Assembly (NCBI GenBank): GCA_026991575.1
Contig: JALXBF010000116.1
Coordinates: 64,495 to 128,494, forward strand
Source: Planctomycetota bacterium
GTDB taxonomy: Bacteria; Planctomycetota; Planctomycetia; JALXBF01
Reading direction: 5' to 3'
Length of the DNA stretch: 64,000 bases
The translations under genes were made by a program, and so were the position numbers. Below the pieces are notes generated by a model that had not been told where the DNA came from, searched no databases, and saw only the letters and a program-made list of their open reading frames with translations. Positions 19,172 to 28,946 of this stretch are shown here, piece after piece. The first letter of the stretch is position 1. The number at the start of each line of letters is the position of its first letter.

Positions 19172-19579
19172 GTGAGGCCAGCCGCAATGACCGAAGAGCG
19201 CAAAACGGTAGCCGTCGTTGGCGCCAGCAACGACCGCACGAAGTACGGGAACAAGGCTGTGCGGGCCTACTTGAAGCAGGGATGGCAGGTGTTCCCAATT
19301 AACCCGAAGGAAGACACGATCGAAGGCCTCAAGGCATACCGCTCTGTGCTGGATGTTCCCGTGGAACGCTTGAACCGCATCACCGTGTATGTCCCGCCTC
19401 ACGTAGGCATAAGACTGCTGGAAGAGTTCGCCCGCAAGCCGCACGACGAACTGTACATCAACCCGGGGGCGGAAAGTCCAGAGCTGCTCCAGCGTGCTGA
19501 GCAGCTCGGACTGAAGCCGATCGTTGCCTGCAGCATCCTGGCCGTCGGGGAACACCCCGATCGGCTCGATAACGAGTAG
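19172..19579 (+). CDS. CoA-binding domain protein (YccU-like)
   Basis: It has a Rossmann-like CoA-binding N-terminus (VAVVGASNDRTKYGNKAVRAYLKQGWQVFPINP) and is 135 aa long. Confidence 0.7.
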   Translation: MRPAAMTEERKTVAVVGASNDRTKYGNKAVRAYLKQGWQVFPINPKEDTIEGLKAYRSVLDVPVERLNRITVYVPPHVGIRLLEEFARKPHDELYINPGAESPELLQRAEQLGLKPIVACSILAVGEHPDRLDNE

Positions 19580-19707
19580 TAGCGGCCTGCCCCTAGCTGC
19601 CGGCAGATTCTCCAAAGGCTTGCAAGCAGGGGCCTCGGTGCGGGCATGCGCCGCGTGAGCTTGACCAGAGAGTGACGCGGCGACGCCTGTGCCGAACGTC
19701 GCCCGCT

Positions 19708-20997
19708 TCAGATCAGCTTCGTGATGCCGGGCTTGGCCACTGGCCGAATCGGTACCGGGCCCCACTCGTAAGCAGGCGGTTTGAGTTCGTCTTTGGAATT
19801 CCACGCCTGCTCCCAAGTAACAAGCTGGCCGGTGTAGGTGGCCATGCGGCCCATAATCGCCATCATCGTGCTCTTGGTCATGTACTCACCGTTGTTGATC
19901 GGGCTGCCCTCCATGATGCTCTTGACCATTTCGTCGTGCTCGGTCTGGTACATGTTGTTCTTCGGCCCCCGGTACCGCCAGATCCGCCTACCCTTGTACG
20001 TGGCCGTGTGCTTCAGCACGTCAACATGGCCCCTGGTACAGAAGATGTGATCGGACACGTCGTTGTAGCACCCGGAGATCTGACGGCAATACGAGAAGGC
20101 GCGGATGCCGTTGGCGAATTCGAACACGACAGCGTGGTGGTCGTAGATGTTGCCGTACAGCGGGTCGGTACGCACCTGGCGGCCGCCCAGCCCCCACGCT
20201 TTCACGGGGTACTGGTCTCCCATGGCCCAGGCCATCTTGTCGAGGCTATGGATATGCTGTTCCACGATGTGATCGCCCGAGAGCCACTGGAAGTAGAGCC
20301 AGTTGCGGCACTGCCACTCCATGTCGCTCCAGCCCGGCTTCCGCTTCACCGCCCACAGGTAGCCGACGACATAGTTGGTCTGCATGGCGATGATTTCGCC
20401 GAAGTCGCCGTTCAGCACTTTCCGCATCGTCTCCCGCACGCCGTAGTGGTACCGCCAGCACAGTCCCGAGACGATCGCGAGACCTTTTTCCTTGGCCTTC
20501 TGGCAGGTTTCCCATACCGAGCGAACGCCCGGGGCATCGACCGCGATCGGTTTCTCGACGAAGCAGTGGCGTCCGGCAGCAACAGCCGCTTTCAGGTGCT
20601 CTGGCCGGAAATGAGGGGGCGTGCAGAGCAGCACAAGGTCACAACATTCGATGACATGCTTGTACGCGTCGAACCCTACGAAGCACCGGTCCTCGCTGAC
20701 GTCGATCTTCTCCGGGACCTGCTTGCGTAGGATCGCCAGGCTGCGGTCGAGCTTGTCCCGGAACAGGTCGGCCATGGCGTACAGTCGCATGTTGTCTCCG
20801 GCGCGCACCGACTGAGCAGCCGCTCCGGTGCCGCGACCACCACAGCCGATGAGGCCGACTTTGATGATGTCGCTACCAGCAACATGGGCGCTGCGTGCGA
20901 TGTCTACGGAAGCCAGCACGGCGCCGGCCGCAGCGCCAGCCGTCTGCAGAAATGAGCGACGCGTTTGCCGAGTACGTTCTACTTTGCGTGGTGACAT
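19708..20997 (-). CDS. Gfo/Idh/MocA family oxidoreductase with a Tat signal
   Basis: A twin-arginine motif (TRRSFLQTAGAAAGAV) is followed by an NAD-binding segment (KVGLIGCGGRG) and the Gfo/Idh/MocA C-terminal domain. Confidence 0.8.
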   Translation of the reverse strand: MSPRKVERTRQTRRSFLQTAGAAAGAVLASVDIARSAHVAGSDIIKVGLIGCGGRGTGAAAQSVRAGDNMRLYAMADLFRDKLDRSLAILRKQVPEKIDVSEDRCFVGFDAYKHVIECCDLVLLCTPPHFRPEHLKAAVAAGRHCFVEKPIAVDAPGVRSVWETCQKAKEKGLAIVSGLCWRYHYGVRETMRKVLNGDFGEIIAMQTNYVVGYLWAVKRKPGWSDMEWQCRNWLYFQWLSGDHIVEQHIHSLDKMAWAMGDQYPVKAWGLGGRQVRTDPLYGNIYDHHAVVFEFANGIRAFSYCRQISGCYNDVSDHIFCTRGHVDVLKHTATYKGRRIWRYRGPKNNMYQTEHDEMVKSIMEGSPINNGEYMTKSTMMAIMGRMATYTGQLVTWEQAWNSKDELKPPAYEWGPVPIRPVAKPGITKLI

Positions 20998-21063
20998 CGG
21001 TGACTCCTGCTGTTGCTGCGCGTGTCGAGCATCGCGGTAGGCCTCTGCCCGGCACGTTTCGCC

Positions 21064-22053
21064 TCAACCCGCCTCAGCTTTCTTCAGATAGCTCCGGAGA
21101 AACTCGGCAATGGCCCGGCGCACCTGGGGAGTGCGGAACTCGGGGCCGCCGTGCCGGGCACCTTCGAGCAGCTGCAGCTGGGCGGTCAGACCGAGTTCAC
21201 GGTAGCGCTCGGCAAGCCGAAGGCTCTGACGGACCGGCACGACCGGATCCGCCGAGCCATGGATCATTAGCACAGGCGGGTCGTCACGCGACACATGATA
21301 CACGGGGCTGGCCAGCCGAGCCAGGTCGAGTCGTTCTTGAGGGGGGCCGCCAAGCAACAGGGCAACGGCAGAATCTGCGCGCCGGATCCGATCGCCCGCA
21401 GGTGTGTTCAGCCAGTCCAAGAAATCGGTGGGACCGTAGAAATCAACCACTGCCTGAACCCGGCTGGACTGCTGGAGGTTACCGCCCACGTCGCCCTCCA
21501 GCTCCTGGACTCCGGCCGAGGTGCCCAGTAGAAGGGCAAGGTGTCCGCCGGCGGAGGCTCCTGCGGCGGCGACCCGCTGCGGGTCGAGGTTGTGTTCCCG
21601 TGCGTGGGCACGCAGCCAGCGCACCGCCCCCTTGCAGTCGTGAATCTGGGCCGGGAACTTGGCCTCATGGGACAGGCGGTACTCGATGCTGGCAACCGCG
21701 TAGCCGCGCGGCACGATCCAGCTGATCAGGCCCACGTTTGCTTTCGAGCCGGCGCGCCAGCCGCCGCCATGAATCCAGACAACCACAGGCAGCGGCCGCT
21801 CCGGCGGCTGATCCGGCAAGTACAGGTCAAGCTTCAGCTGGCGGTCGCCAACCTGGGCGTACACGAGGTCGGCAACCCGGCGTGCTCCGGGGGGCAACTG
21901 ACTCTGGCGCTGCACGGCCGCCGCGTGCACAGATGCTGGCAGTTGCGTCCAACCGGGCGCCATCAGCAGGCAGGCGGCGGGCAACATCATCAACAGCAGC
22001 CACACCGGCAACCAACGGCATGCTCGCCTGCTTGCAGAGCCCGCGGGAAACAT
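21064..22053 (-). CDS. secreted alpha/beta-hydrolase (esterase/lipase)
   Basis: It has a signal peptide, an oxyanion-hole HGGGW motif and a GASAGGH nucleophile elbow (GxSxG). Confidence 0.7.
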   Translation of the reverse strand: MFPAGSASRRACRWLPVWLLLMMLPAACLLMAPGWTQLPASVHAAAVQRQSQLPPGARRVADLVYAQVGDRQLKLDLYLPDQPPERPLPVVVWIHGGGWRAGSKANVGLISWIVPRGYAVASIEYRLSHEAKFPAQIHDCKGAVRWLRAHAREHNLDPQRVAAAGASAGGHLALLLGTSAGVQELEGDVGGNLQQSSRVQAVVDFYGPTDFLDWLNTPAGDRIRRADSAVALLLGGPPQERLDLARLASPVYHVSRDDPPVLMIHGSADPVVPVRQSLRLAERYRELGLTAQLQLLEGARHGGPEFRTPQVRRAIAEFLRSYLKKAEAG

Positions 22054-22101
22054 CGGCGTGCCTCACTAAGCGGGGGAGGGTCGTGCTCAACAGGTAGGCC
22101 A

Positions 22102-23910
22102 TCAATAGTTTACCGTTTTCGCGGCGGGCAGTCCGAATGCCGTCCTCAGCCGTCGCTCTGCTTCGGCCGCCTGGGCTTCAGCAATCGCGATGCTTATGTG
22201 CACTTCGCTCGTATTGATCAGCGAAACCCGAATGCCAGCATCATGGAACGCCTCAAACATCCGTGCTGCCACCCCTGTGTGCGACCGCATCCCAACGCCC
22301 TCGAGGGTCAGCTTCGCGATGTCGGGCGCCAGACGGAGCGATCCGCCAAGCTCCTGAAGCAGCGGTGTCAGGGCAGCCTCCACCCGATGCAGGTCAGGTC
22401 TGGGCACTGTGAACGACAGGTGCGTGGTTCCCTCTCGCGAGACGTTTTGCACGATCATGTCCACAATGGACCCGGTCTCGGCAATGCGTGAGAAGATGCG
22501 GGCCGCGATGCCGGGTTGGTCGGGGATGTCGAACAGGGTAACCGCCCCCTGGGTTCGGTCCACGACGATGTCACTGACAACGATCGCTTCCATCCCCGGC
22601 AACTGCTGCACGATGCTTGCCAGCGATTCCTGCCGATCCGCTCGCACCGGCTCCGTTGGGCGTTGACGAGGAGGCTGGCCGTCGTCGGTGTCACGCTTAA
22701 GACCGAGGTCGAATGCTCGGTGCACGGCGCGCAGCGCCTCAACTGCCCGATGCCGGTCGATCAGGACTGAGATCTTGATCTCGCTGGTGGTGATCATCTT
22801 GATGTTGATTCCTTCGGCGGCCAGGGCAGCGAACATCCGTTCTGCCACGCCGCTGTGCGTGCGCATGCCGGCCCCAACGATGGAAACCTTGGCAACGTCT
22901 TCCTCCGAGTGAACTTCCGTTGCCCCCACCTCCCGGGCGATCTCGCGCAGGAGCGCCAGGGCTGACTTCAGATCGGAGCGCGACACGGTGAACGACACCT
23001 GGTTGCGCCCTTCGCGCGAAACGTTCTGAACAATCATGTCCGTGACGATGTTCTGTTCGGCAATGCGTGCGAAGAGCTGGTGCACGATCGCCGGATCGTC
23101 CGGAATACCCTCCACGGTCACGCGCGCCTCGTCGCGAACCAGCGCAGCACCGCGCACGACTTGCTGCTCGAGCTCCGGCGAGTGGGCAACGATCCAGGTG
23201 CCCTCCGCGTCGGTGAACGAGCTGCGCACGTGAATCGGAACGTTGTACTTCTTGGCAAGTTCGATCGAGCGGCTGTGCATCACGCCGGCGCCCACGGAGG
23301 CCAGTTCGAGCATCTCGTCGTAGCTGATCCGAGCGATCTTTTGCGCCTCGGCAACCAGTCGCGGATCGGTCGTGTACACCCCGTCGACGTCGGTGTAGAT
23401 CTCGCAGAGATCCGCATCGAGGGCTGCGGCCAGCGCCACCGCAGTCGTGTCCGAACCACCTCGGCCAAGCGTCGTGATGTTGTCCGCTTCATCGACCCCC
23501 TGGAACCCGGCCACGATCACAATGTAGCCGTCTCGAAGCAGACGCTGGATGCGTTCGGTAGAGATGGTGCGGATGCGCGCCTTGGTGTGGAAGCGGTCGG
23601 TGAGGATGCCGACCTGGGCGCCGGTCAGGCTGATGGCAGGCCAGCCCAAACTCTGGACAGCCATCGCCATCAGCGCAATGGAGATCTGCTCGCCCGTGCT
23701 CAACAACATGTCCATCTCGCGAGCCGGTGGATCCTCGGTGATCTCGCGCGCCAGCGCGATCAGCTCATCGGTCGTATCCCCCCGAGCCGAGACCACCATG
23801 ACCACCTGGTGGCCCGCCTGCCGGGCGCGGATCGCCCGCCGCGCGGCCGCCATGATTCGCTCGCTAGTCGCAACACTGGTCCCACCAAACTTCTGCACCA
23901 CTAACGCCAC
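22102..23910 (-). CDS. lysC: aspartate kinase with duplicated regulatory region (four ACT domains)
   Basis: The N-terminus reads VVQKFGGTSV with a GTG start. The kinase domain is followed by two internally repeated ACT pairs (IVQNVSREGRNQVSFTVSRSDL and IVQNVSREGTTHLSFTVPRPDL), giving 602 aa. Confidence 0.9.
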   Translation of the reverse strand: MALVVQKFGGTSVATSERIMAAARRAIRARQAGHQVVMVVSARGDTTDELIALAREITEDPPAREMDMLLSTGEQISIALMAMAVQSLGWPAISLTGAQVGILTDRFHTKARIRTISTERIQRLLRDGYIVIVAGFQGVDEADNITTLGRGGSDTTAVALAAALDADLCEIYTDVDGVYTTDPRLVAEAQKIARISYDEMLELASVGAGVMHSRSIELAKKYNVPIHVRSSFTDAEGTWIVAHSPELEQQVVRGAALVRDEARVTVEGIPDDPAIVHQLFARIAEQNIVTDMIVQNVSREGRNQVSFTVSRSDLKSALALLREIAREVGATEVHSEEDVAKVSIVGAGMRTHSGVAERMFAALAAEGINIKMITTSEIKISVLIDRHRAVEALRAVHRAFDLGLKRDTDDGQPPRQRPTEPVRADRQESLASIVQQLPGMEAIVVSDIVVDRTQGAVTLFDIPDQPGIAARIFSRIAETGSIVDMIVQNVSREGTTHLSFTVPRPDLHRVEAALTPLLQELGGSLRLAPDIAKLTLEGVGMRSHTGVAARMFEAFHDAGIRVSLINTSEVHISIAIAEAQAAEAERRLRTAFGLPAAKTVNY

Positions 23911-24019
23911 GATCCAGACCTCCCGGCATACGGACGCTGGCCGCCGGCCCTGCGCTCAGCAGCCGCACCACATGCATAATAGGAATCCAGGGTGAGCTCT
24001 CCGGCAGAGCGGTCGGTCG

Positions 24020-24047
24020 GTTGTCACGCGGGCCGGTCGGCGACAAC
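24020..24047. promoter_or_regulatory. inverted repeat GTTGTC-N16-GACAAC between divergent lysC and the candidate-sRNA promoter
   Basis: This is a direct sequence observation. It could be an operator or a promoter-proximal hairpin. Confidence 0.3.
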
Positions 24048-24099
24048 ATAGTACCTGTAGGGGTATCGGTAACCCGCCCTCAGTTGTCGGCGGCCCTAC

Positions 24100-24128
24100 T
24101 TGACATGGGCCGCAAAGCACCGTATACT
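24100..24128 (+). promoter_or_regulatory. consensus sigma70-type promoter (TTGACA, 17-bp spacer, TATACT)
   Basis: TTGACA lies at 24100-24105 and TATACT at 24123-24128 with an exactly 17-nt spacer. This is unusually close to consensus in a 65% GC genome. Confidence 0.5.
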
Positions 24129-24134
24129 CCAGCC

Positions 24135-24285
24135 AACCTCTCCAGGGGACGGGCCGAAGGCTGCAGCACAGGGTCCGGCCTCCAGTCAGGCAGGCCCTTC
24201 GCTGCAACGAGCTAGTTTGTTCGCTACGATCAACCCCGGCCGGGTCGGGAAAGACGCTGCTGCAGCACCAACCGAAGCGTCTTTT
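24135..24285 (+). ncRNA. candidate small structured RNA (about 150 nt) between a consensus promoter and a hairpin with T-tract
   Basis: It spans from the predicted +1 (about 24135) to TTTT at 24282-24285. No ORF of 60 aa or more exists on this strand. GC-rich self-complementary segments are present: GCUGCAGCAC occurs twice (24158-24170 and 24256-24270), and there is a CCGAAG/CUUCG pair. The downstream DUF1559 gene starts about 150 nt later with its own GGGAGGA Shine-Dalgarno. Confidence 0.3.
24251..24285 (+). terminator. hairpin (8-bp stem AAGACGCU/AGCGUCUU) followed by UUUU
   Basis: Direct observation. The loop is large (17 nt) and may itself be structured. It resembles an intrinsic terminator. 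Confidence 0.4.
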
Positions 24286-24438
24286 CGCTAGCGCGGCGCA
24301 GCGGGCAACATGCGTTGTTATCCTGTTTCGTACGGCTTCGGTTGTCAGTGACGCTGCGCTCGGGTCGGTCGCTGCTGGCCACGGCAAGACGGTGTTCGGT
24401 TGTTTGTTGTTTCGGGACCGTACTTCTGGGAGGACGCT

Positions 24439-25512
24439 ATGCGAAGGCGTGGCTTTACGCTTATCGAGCTCCTCGTTGTCATAGCCATCATCGCGGTACT
24501 CATTGCGCTGTTGTTGCCGGCAGTGCAAATGGCACGCGAAGCAGCCCGGCGGGCCCAGTGCCAGAACAACCTCAAACAGATCGGCCTCGCGCTGCACAAC
24601 TACCACCAAGCCCACGGCTACTTCCCGCCCGAAGGCATCTTCCTGACACACACATGGGGCGACAGGGACGGCCGTCCCGACGAGTCGCAGCACTGGTCGA
24701 TGAAGGTCTACCTGCTGCCGTACCTGGATCGAGCCGACATTTACAATGCAGCCAACCTCACTCTACAGCCGCAAGGCTATCCTCGTAGAGCCTCCACCTG
24801 GCGCACCGACGCTAACAAGACCCTGCGAGCCGCCAAGCTCGAGGTCTACCTCTGCCCGTCCGACGCCCACCCGCTGCCCAGCACCCCCGAGATGACCGCT
24901 CAGAATTACGCCGCCAACGTCGGCACCTCGTCCGTCTACCAGGGCTGGGCGCAGAACGGTATCACCTACGTTCCCTGCTGGACGCCAAGGATCGCCCAGC
25001 CAATCGGCATCCGGGCAATTATCGACGGCACCTCCTTCACGGCGGCCTTCTCCGAGTGGGTGCGTGGCCCGATGCGCGGGGCCGGCGGCGTCCCGAGAGC
25101 GGTCGGCGAGCAAGATCAGACCGCCTGGATCTGGCGTGGTACCGTCTTCCAGTACCCCGGCTGGTGGCGTCGCCCTGGCCTGGAAGGCGATCGCTGGTTC
25201 GAGAAAATGTGTGAACAGTCCACCCGACTGCAGAGCGGCTTCAAGGGCGTGATGTGGTGGATCGGCGCGACCGGGATGGGTGCCGGCATCGGCTTCTCCA
25301 TCCGACCCAACCGCAAGACCTGCGGTCCGTACTACGTGCTGAGCTCCATCACGCCGCGTGCCCCGAGCAGCATGCACCCCGGCGGCGTCAACATCCTCTT
25401 CGCCGACGGCCGCGTGCGATTCATCAGCGAGGACATCGATCAGGAGATCTGGTTCGCCATCGGGACACGCAACGGTCAGGAGAACATCAGCGAAAAGGAC
25501 CTGACCTTCTAG
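24439..25512 (+). CDS. DUF1559 'H-X9-DG' prepilin-like protein (type II secretion pseudopilin-like N-terminus)
   Basis: It starts with a class III signal and N-methylation motif, [56 protein letters not shown], and ends with [18 protein letters not shown]. The ATG at 24439 has a GGGAGGA Shine-Dalgarno. Confidence 0.85.
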   Translation: MRRRGFTLIELLVVIAIIAVLIALLLPAVQMAREAARRAQCQNNLKQIGLALHNYHQAHGYFPPEGIFLTHTWGDRDGRPDESQHWSMKVYLLPYLDRADIYNAANLTLQPQGYPRRASTWRTDANKTLRAAKLEVYLCPSDAHPLPSTPEMTAQNYAANVGTSSVYQGWAQNGITYVPCWTPRIAQPIGIRAIIDGTSFTAAFSEWVRGPMRGAGGVPRAVGEQDQTAWIWRGTVFQYPGWWRRPGLEGDRWFEKMCEQSTRLQSGFKGVMWWIGATGMGAGIGFSIRPNRKTCGPYYVLSSITPRAPSSMHPGGVNILFADGRVRFISEDIDQEIWFAIGTRNGQENISEKDLTF

Positions 25513-25620
25513 CCCACCACCAAGCCTGAGACGGTTCTTTGCCAGAAGAGAAGAAAACGCATCCCCGTGGGCCGTGACGGCCCACGGGGTTCTGTGGGGA
25601 GTCTCACCCCGGGAGGAACC

Positions 25621-25896
25621 ATGAAGCGCTTCGCATCGCTCGGGGCTCTGCTCGTAGCGCTAACCGTCTTCGGCTGTAGCAGCGAATTGCCAACCTCGGA
25701 TCTGTCGCCCGAAGAAGAGATGAAGCTCATGGAGCAGGAAATGTCTGAGGGCGGGCAGGATCTGGCCGAGCACATGAAGAAAGCCGCCGGCATGCAGGGC
25801 ATGCCCGAGGACGTGCAGAAAGCTATGGGCAACCTGGGCATGGGCGGCAGTGACATGGAAGCGGAACTGGAGCGCGGCGGCGCCGAGGGCCCGTAA
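25621..25896 (+). CDS. small Met/Glu-rich lipoprotein
   Basis: A lipobox is present (MKRFASLGALLVALTVFGCSS). The mature part of about 70 aa is rich in Met-x-x-Met and GMxGM motifs, which resemble Cu(I)/Ag(I)-binding Met-rich periplasmic proteins. Confidence 0.5.
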   Translation: MKRFASLGALLVALTVFGCSSELPTSDLSPEEEMKLMEQEMSEGGQDLAEHMKKAAGMQGMPEDVQKAMGNLGMGGSDMEAELERGGAEGP

Positions 25897-26083
25897 GCTC
25901 AGTCGCCCCCAACGGCAGTCGTTTCCGCTACGACCTGCAGCGAGCCCTCCATCGCCGAATGGATGGGCTGTGAGGCTTTGTAGGCAACAATCCACAGATG
26001 CCCAACGGCAATTGCGTGGGCGCAAAGAAGCGGTGGGCTGGTCTGCCCACCGCTTTTTCGTTCGCTCAGTGGCTTGCCCCTGC

Positions 26084-28168
26084 CTACCGGCGCTCCTCCA
26101 ACACCTGCAGCGCCTTGCGATAATCCAGCTCTGCAGGCGGCAGCTCCTTGCGACCCTTCACCACGAAGTGCTCCAACCATCGCATGGCGCGTAGCACGTA
26201 ATCGAACCGAGACGCCGCCCGCCGGTTTCCATGGCCCTCACCCGGGTAGAACACCAGCCGCACCGGCACGCGGCCAAGCGTCTTCAGGTGCCGGTACAGC
26301 TCCAAGGACTGGCTCGGGTGCACGCGTGGATCATTCTTGCCATGCAGGATGAGCAACGGCGTACGCGCACGCTGAACGTGGTAGATCGGGCTCCGCTCTA
26401 AGAACAACTGCCACGCTTCCCAAAGCCGGTGCCGGTCATGCACCAGATAGATCTCGTCGGGGATGTCCGTCGTGCCTGCTTTGGAGATCTTGTCGCTGAT
26501 CCCGACAAACATCACTCCGGCGGCAAACCGATCGGAGTAGTACGTAGCGCACCAGGCCGTGGCATAGCCCCCGTAGCTACCCCCGGTCACCGCCACCTTC
26601 GTCCGATCTACCAAGCCCGTTTCCACCAGGTAGTCGACGCAGTCCACCAGGTCGTCGAATTCCTTTCCCGCCGGATCCCCGTGGTCCAGCATCGAGAACT
26701 CGACGCCCCGCCCGGTGCTGCCACGGTAGTTCGGATAGACCACCGCAAAGCCACGGCCCGCTGCAATCTGTCCCGGATAGGCATAGCGTGTTACCCAGCC
26801 GTTCGGAACGTGCGACTCGGGCCCTCCGTGGACCATCACCACCAGCGGATAACGGCGATCGCTCCGCCAGCCCACCGGGCGAATTAGGATTGCCTCGATC
26901 TCCAATCCGTCGCGAGCGTGGTAGCGAATCACCTCCTGACGTCCCAGTTGGATGTCTGCCAACCACGGGTTTACGTTCGTGACGCGCACCGGCTTCGGCT
27001 CGCCCGCTGCCCAGATGTACAGCTCCCGCGGATGTCGGGGTGTCTCGCCGCGTAGCACCGTCAGCCGCCCATGATCGGCGACGGCCAGTTGCGTGAACAC
27101 CGGGCCACCGGGACCGATTAGCACCTCACGCCGGCCACCGTCGAGCGAGATCCGGCTGATCGTCGTCCACACCCCCTCGGCCGCCAGCACCCGCAGTGTC
27201 CGCCTGTCCTCCCAGGCCACGTCCGTGACGTGGCCGTCGAATTCGCCGATGAGCACGCGATACTTTCCGGACTGTGGATCGGCGACCATCAGCCGCCCTT
27301 CTGCTGGATCGTGCACGTGCGCCGCCGAGACAAACGCAAGCCATCGACCATCGGGACTCCAGGCCATATGCCCCAGCTTGCCCGGATTGTTCACTTTCGC
27401 CAAGACTTCGCCCGTGTCAGCGTGCACAAAGTGGATCCGTCGCCGCATGTAGTGGTCGTCGATAAGCGGTGTCGGAGCCAGGCAAACGGCCAGGACTGGT
27501 CCGACCGGGCTCCACAGCAGTGTCGATGCAGAGCCGGGCAGATCTAGCTTTCGGACAGCCACCGGCTGCCAGTTCTCCAGCTCCGCCACCCAGACACGCA
27601 CGAACGGCCGGTCCTCCTCATAGATCTCCTGGTTGAAGCCCTGCTTGCGCAATGCTGCAACCGACGGTGGCGTCGGCTCCGTTGCCGTGAAAGCCACCTG
27701 GCGGCCGTCTGGCGACCAGCTATAGCCGGTGATCGCCGTCGTGTGCTGTAGCACCCGTATCGCCTCACCGCCGCTGACCGAGATCACGTACAGCGAAGTA
27801 TGCTGGTCACCAGCCCGCTTGCTCAGAAACGAGATGTGCCGGCTGTCAGGCGTCCAGGCCACCGCACTGACGTTAACCGCCCCGGTCACAAACGGAATGC
27901 TCCGTCTGGCGACCACGTCGTAAACGTGCAACTCGGTCCAGGCGGGACCGTCCGGATCGCGCAGGGGACGCCGCGGCACGGACACCACGTAGGCCACAAA
28001 GCGTCCATCGGGCGACGGGGAGACGCTTACCACGGCACGGAGCCGGGTGAGATCGGCCGGGGCGAGCGGACGACGAGTTTTTTCGGCGGACGGCGTCGTC
28101 TGTACCGGCAGAACCACCACGACGACGCACACGGCAACGGCAGTCAGTCGTAGCGCGGTGCGCAACAT
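26084..28168 (-). CDS. S9 family serine peptidase (prolyl oligopeptidase/dipeptidyl-peptidase-like) with N-terminal beta-propeller
   Basis: A signal peptide (MLRTALRLTAVAVCVVVVVL) leads into TolB-like WD repeats (WSPDGR, WTPDS). The C-terminal hydrolase carries the GGSYGGY nucleophile motif and a catalytic His near the end. The start was moved to ATG 28168. Confidence 0.85.
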   Translation of the reverse strand: MLRTALRLTAVAVCVVVVVLPVQTTPSAEKTRRPLAPADLTRLRAVVSVSPSPDGRFVAYVVSVPRRPLRDPDGPAWTELHVYDVVARRSIPFVTGAVNVSAVAWTPDSRHISFLSKRAGDQHTSLYVISVSGGEAIRVLQHTTAITGYSWSPDGRQVAFTATEPTPPSVAALRKQGFNQEIYEEDRPFVRVWVAELENWQPVAVRKLDLPGSASTLLWSPVGPVLAVCLAPTPLIDDHYMRRRIHFVHADTGEVLAKVNNPGKLGHMAWSPDGRWLAFVSAAHVHDPAEGRLMVADPQSGKYRVLIGEFDGHVTDVAWEDRRTLRVLAAEGVWTTISRISLDGGRREVLIGPGGPVFTQLAVADHGRLTVLRGETPRHPRELYIWAAGEPKPVRVTNVNPWLADIQLGRQEVIRYHARDGLEIEAILIRPVGWRSDRRYPLVVMVHGGPESHVPNGWVTRYAYPGQIAAGRGFAVVYPNYRGSTGRGVEFSMLDHGDPAGKEFDDLVDCVDYLVETGLVDRTKVAVTGGSYGGYATAWCATYYSDRFAAGVMFVGISDKISKAGTTDIPDEIYLVHDRHRLWEAWQLFLERSPIYHVQRARTPLLILHGKNDPRVHPSQSLELYRHLKTLGRVPVRLVFYPGEGHGNRRAASRFDYVLRAMRWLEHFVVKGRKELPPAELDYRKALQVLEERR

Positions 28169-28946
28169 GGGGACCTCTCCGCTTGCGTTACCATCGGAAG
28201 CGGCGCGAAGGCAGGTACCAACGTAGAACGGTAGCCGGCTCACGTAGGTATGCAACCAAGCATAGCACGCACCGGCTGATCCGTGAAACGCCGCTCACCA
28301 CGACGCGTGCGTTCTAGCTCGTGCGCCCACTCTGGTGACAGGTCGCCCGCCGCAGGTGGTGGCGAGACGGCGGCGGAGAACCTCGCCGTGCACTACAGCA
28401 TTTCGCCGACCGGGCGGCTAATCGAGGGAGCCGGCTGCTTCAGCGGGCAGGTGGGGGGTGCACGCCCAGCACCTGCGAGGCTGACCGAATAGCGGTTGAA
28501 GAGCGCGGCGGATCGAAAGGCCTTGTCTTGAGCCGTGCTGCGGCCGGGCTTGCCCATGGCATGGCGCGGACCACGGTCCTGCGGCCGCGGCACGCACGCG
28601 GCGGCAGGACAAGGAAGAAGACTCAGGCAGATAGCGGGGGCGCTGTGCAACTAACGTGCGGCCGGCGGGCACGAGACCTCCCGGCCGGTTTGAAGTAGGT
28701 CGCCCGTTCGGTTCGTTTCCACTTCGCCGGTCGCCAACACCACGCCGGGCAATGCCCAGGCCGATGACACGACGCGAAACCGAAGCAGCGGCCCGGCTGC
28801 CCGCGGCTCTCCGCACAAGCGGAAACGCAGCCCACCACAACGAATCTTCCCCCGTCAGCCCTCCGGTTCGTCTGGCCAGCGGTCTTCAAACTGTTCTGCG
28901 CTACGCGGGATCGGACCGCGTCTGTGAAGGACCGGTCCCAGCCGGC

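Noticed and set aside
23911-24100. Lysine (L-box) riboswitch in the lysC leader
   Set aside because: The -10-like element implies a leader of only about 95 nt, shorter than an L-box aptamer. I could not find the conserved L-box core elements by inspection. It needs a covariance-model search.
24135-24285. Calling the candidate RNA an SRP (4.5S) RNA
   Set aside because: There is only partial similarity to the helix-8 consensus, with no clean GNRA tetraloop or AGCAGCC/GGAAG symmetric-loop match that I can verify by eye. It is kept as a generic sRNA candidate.
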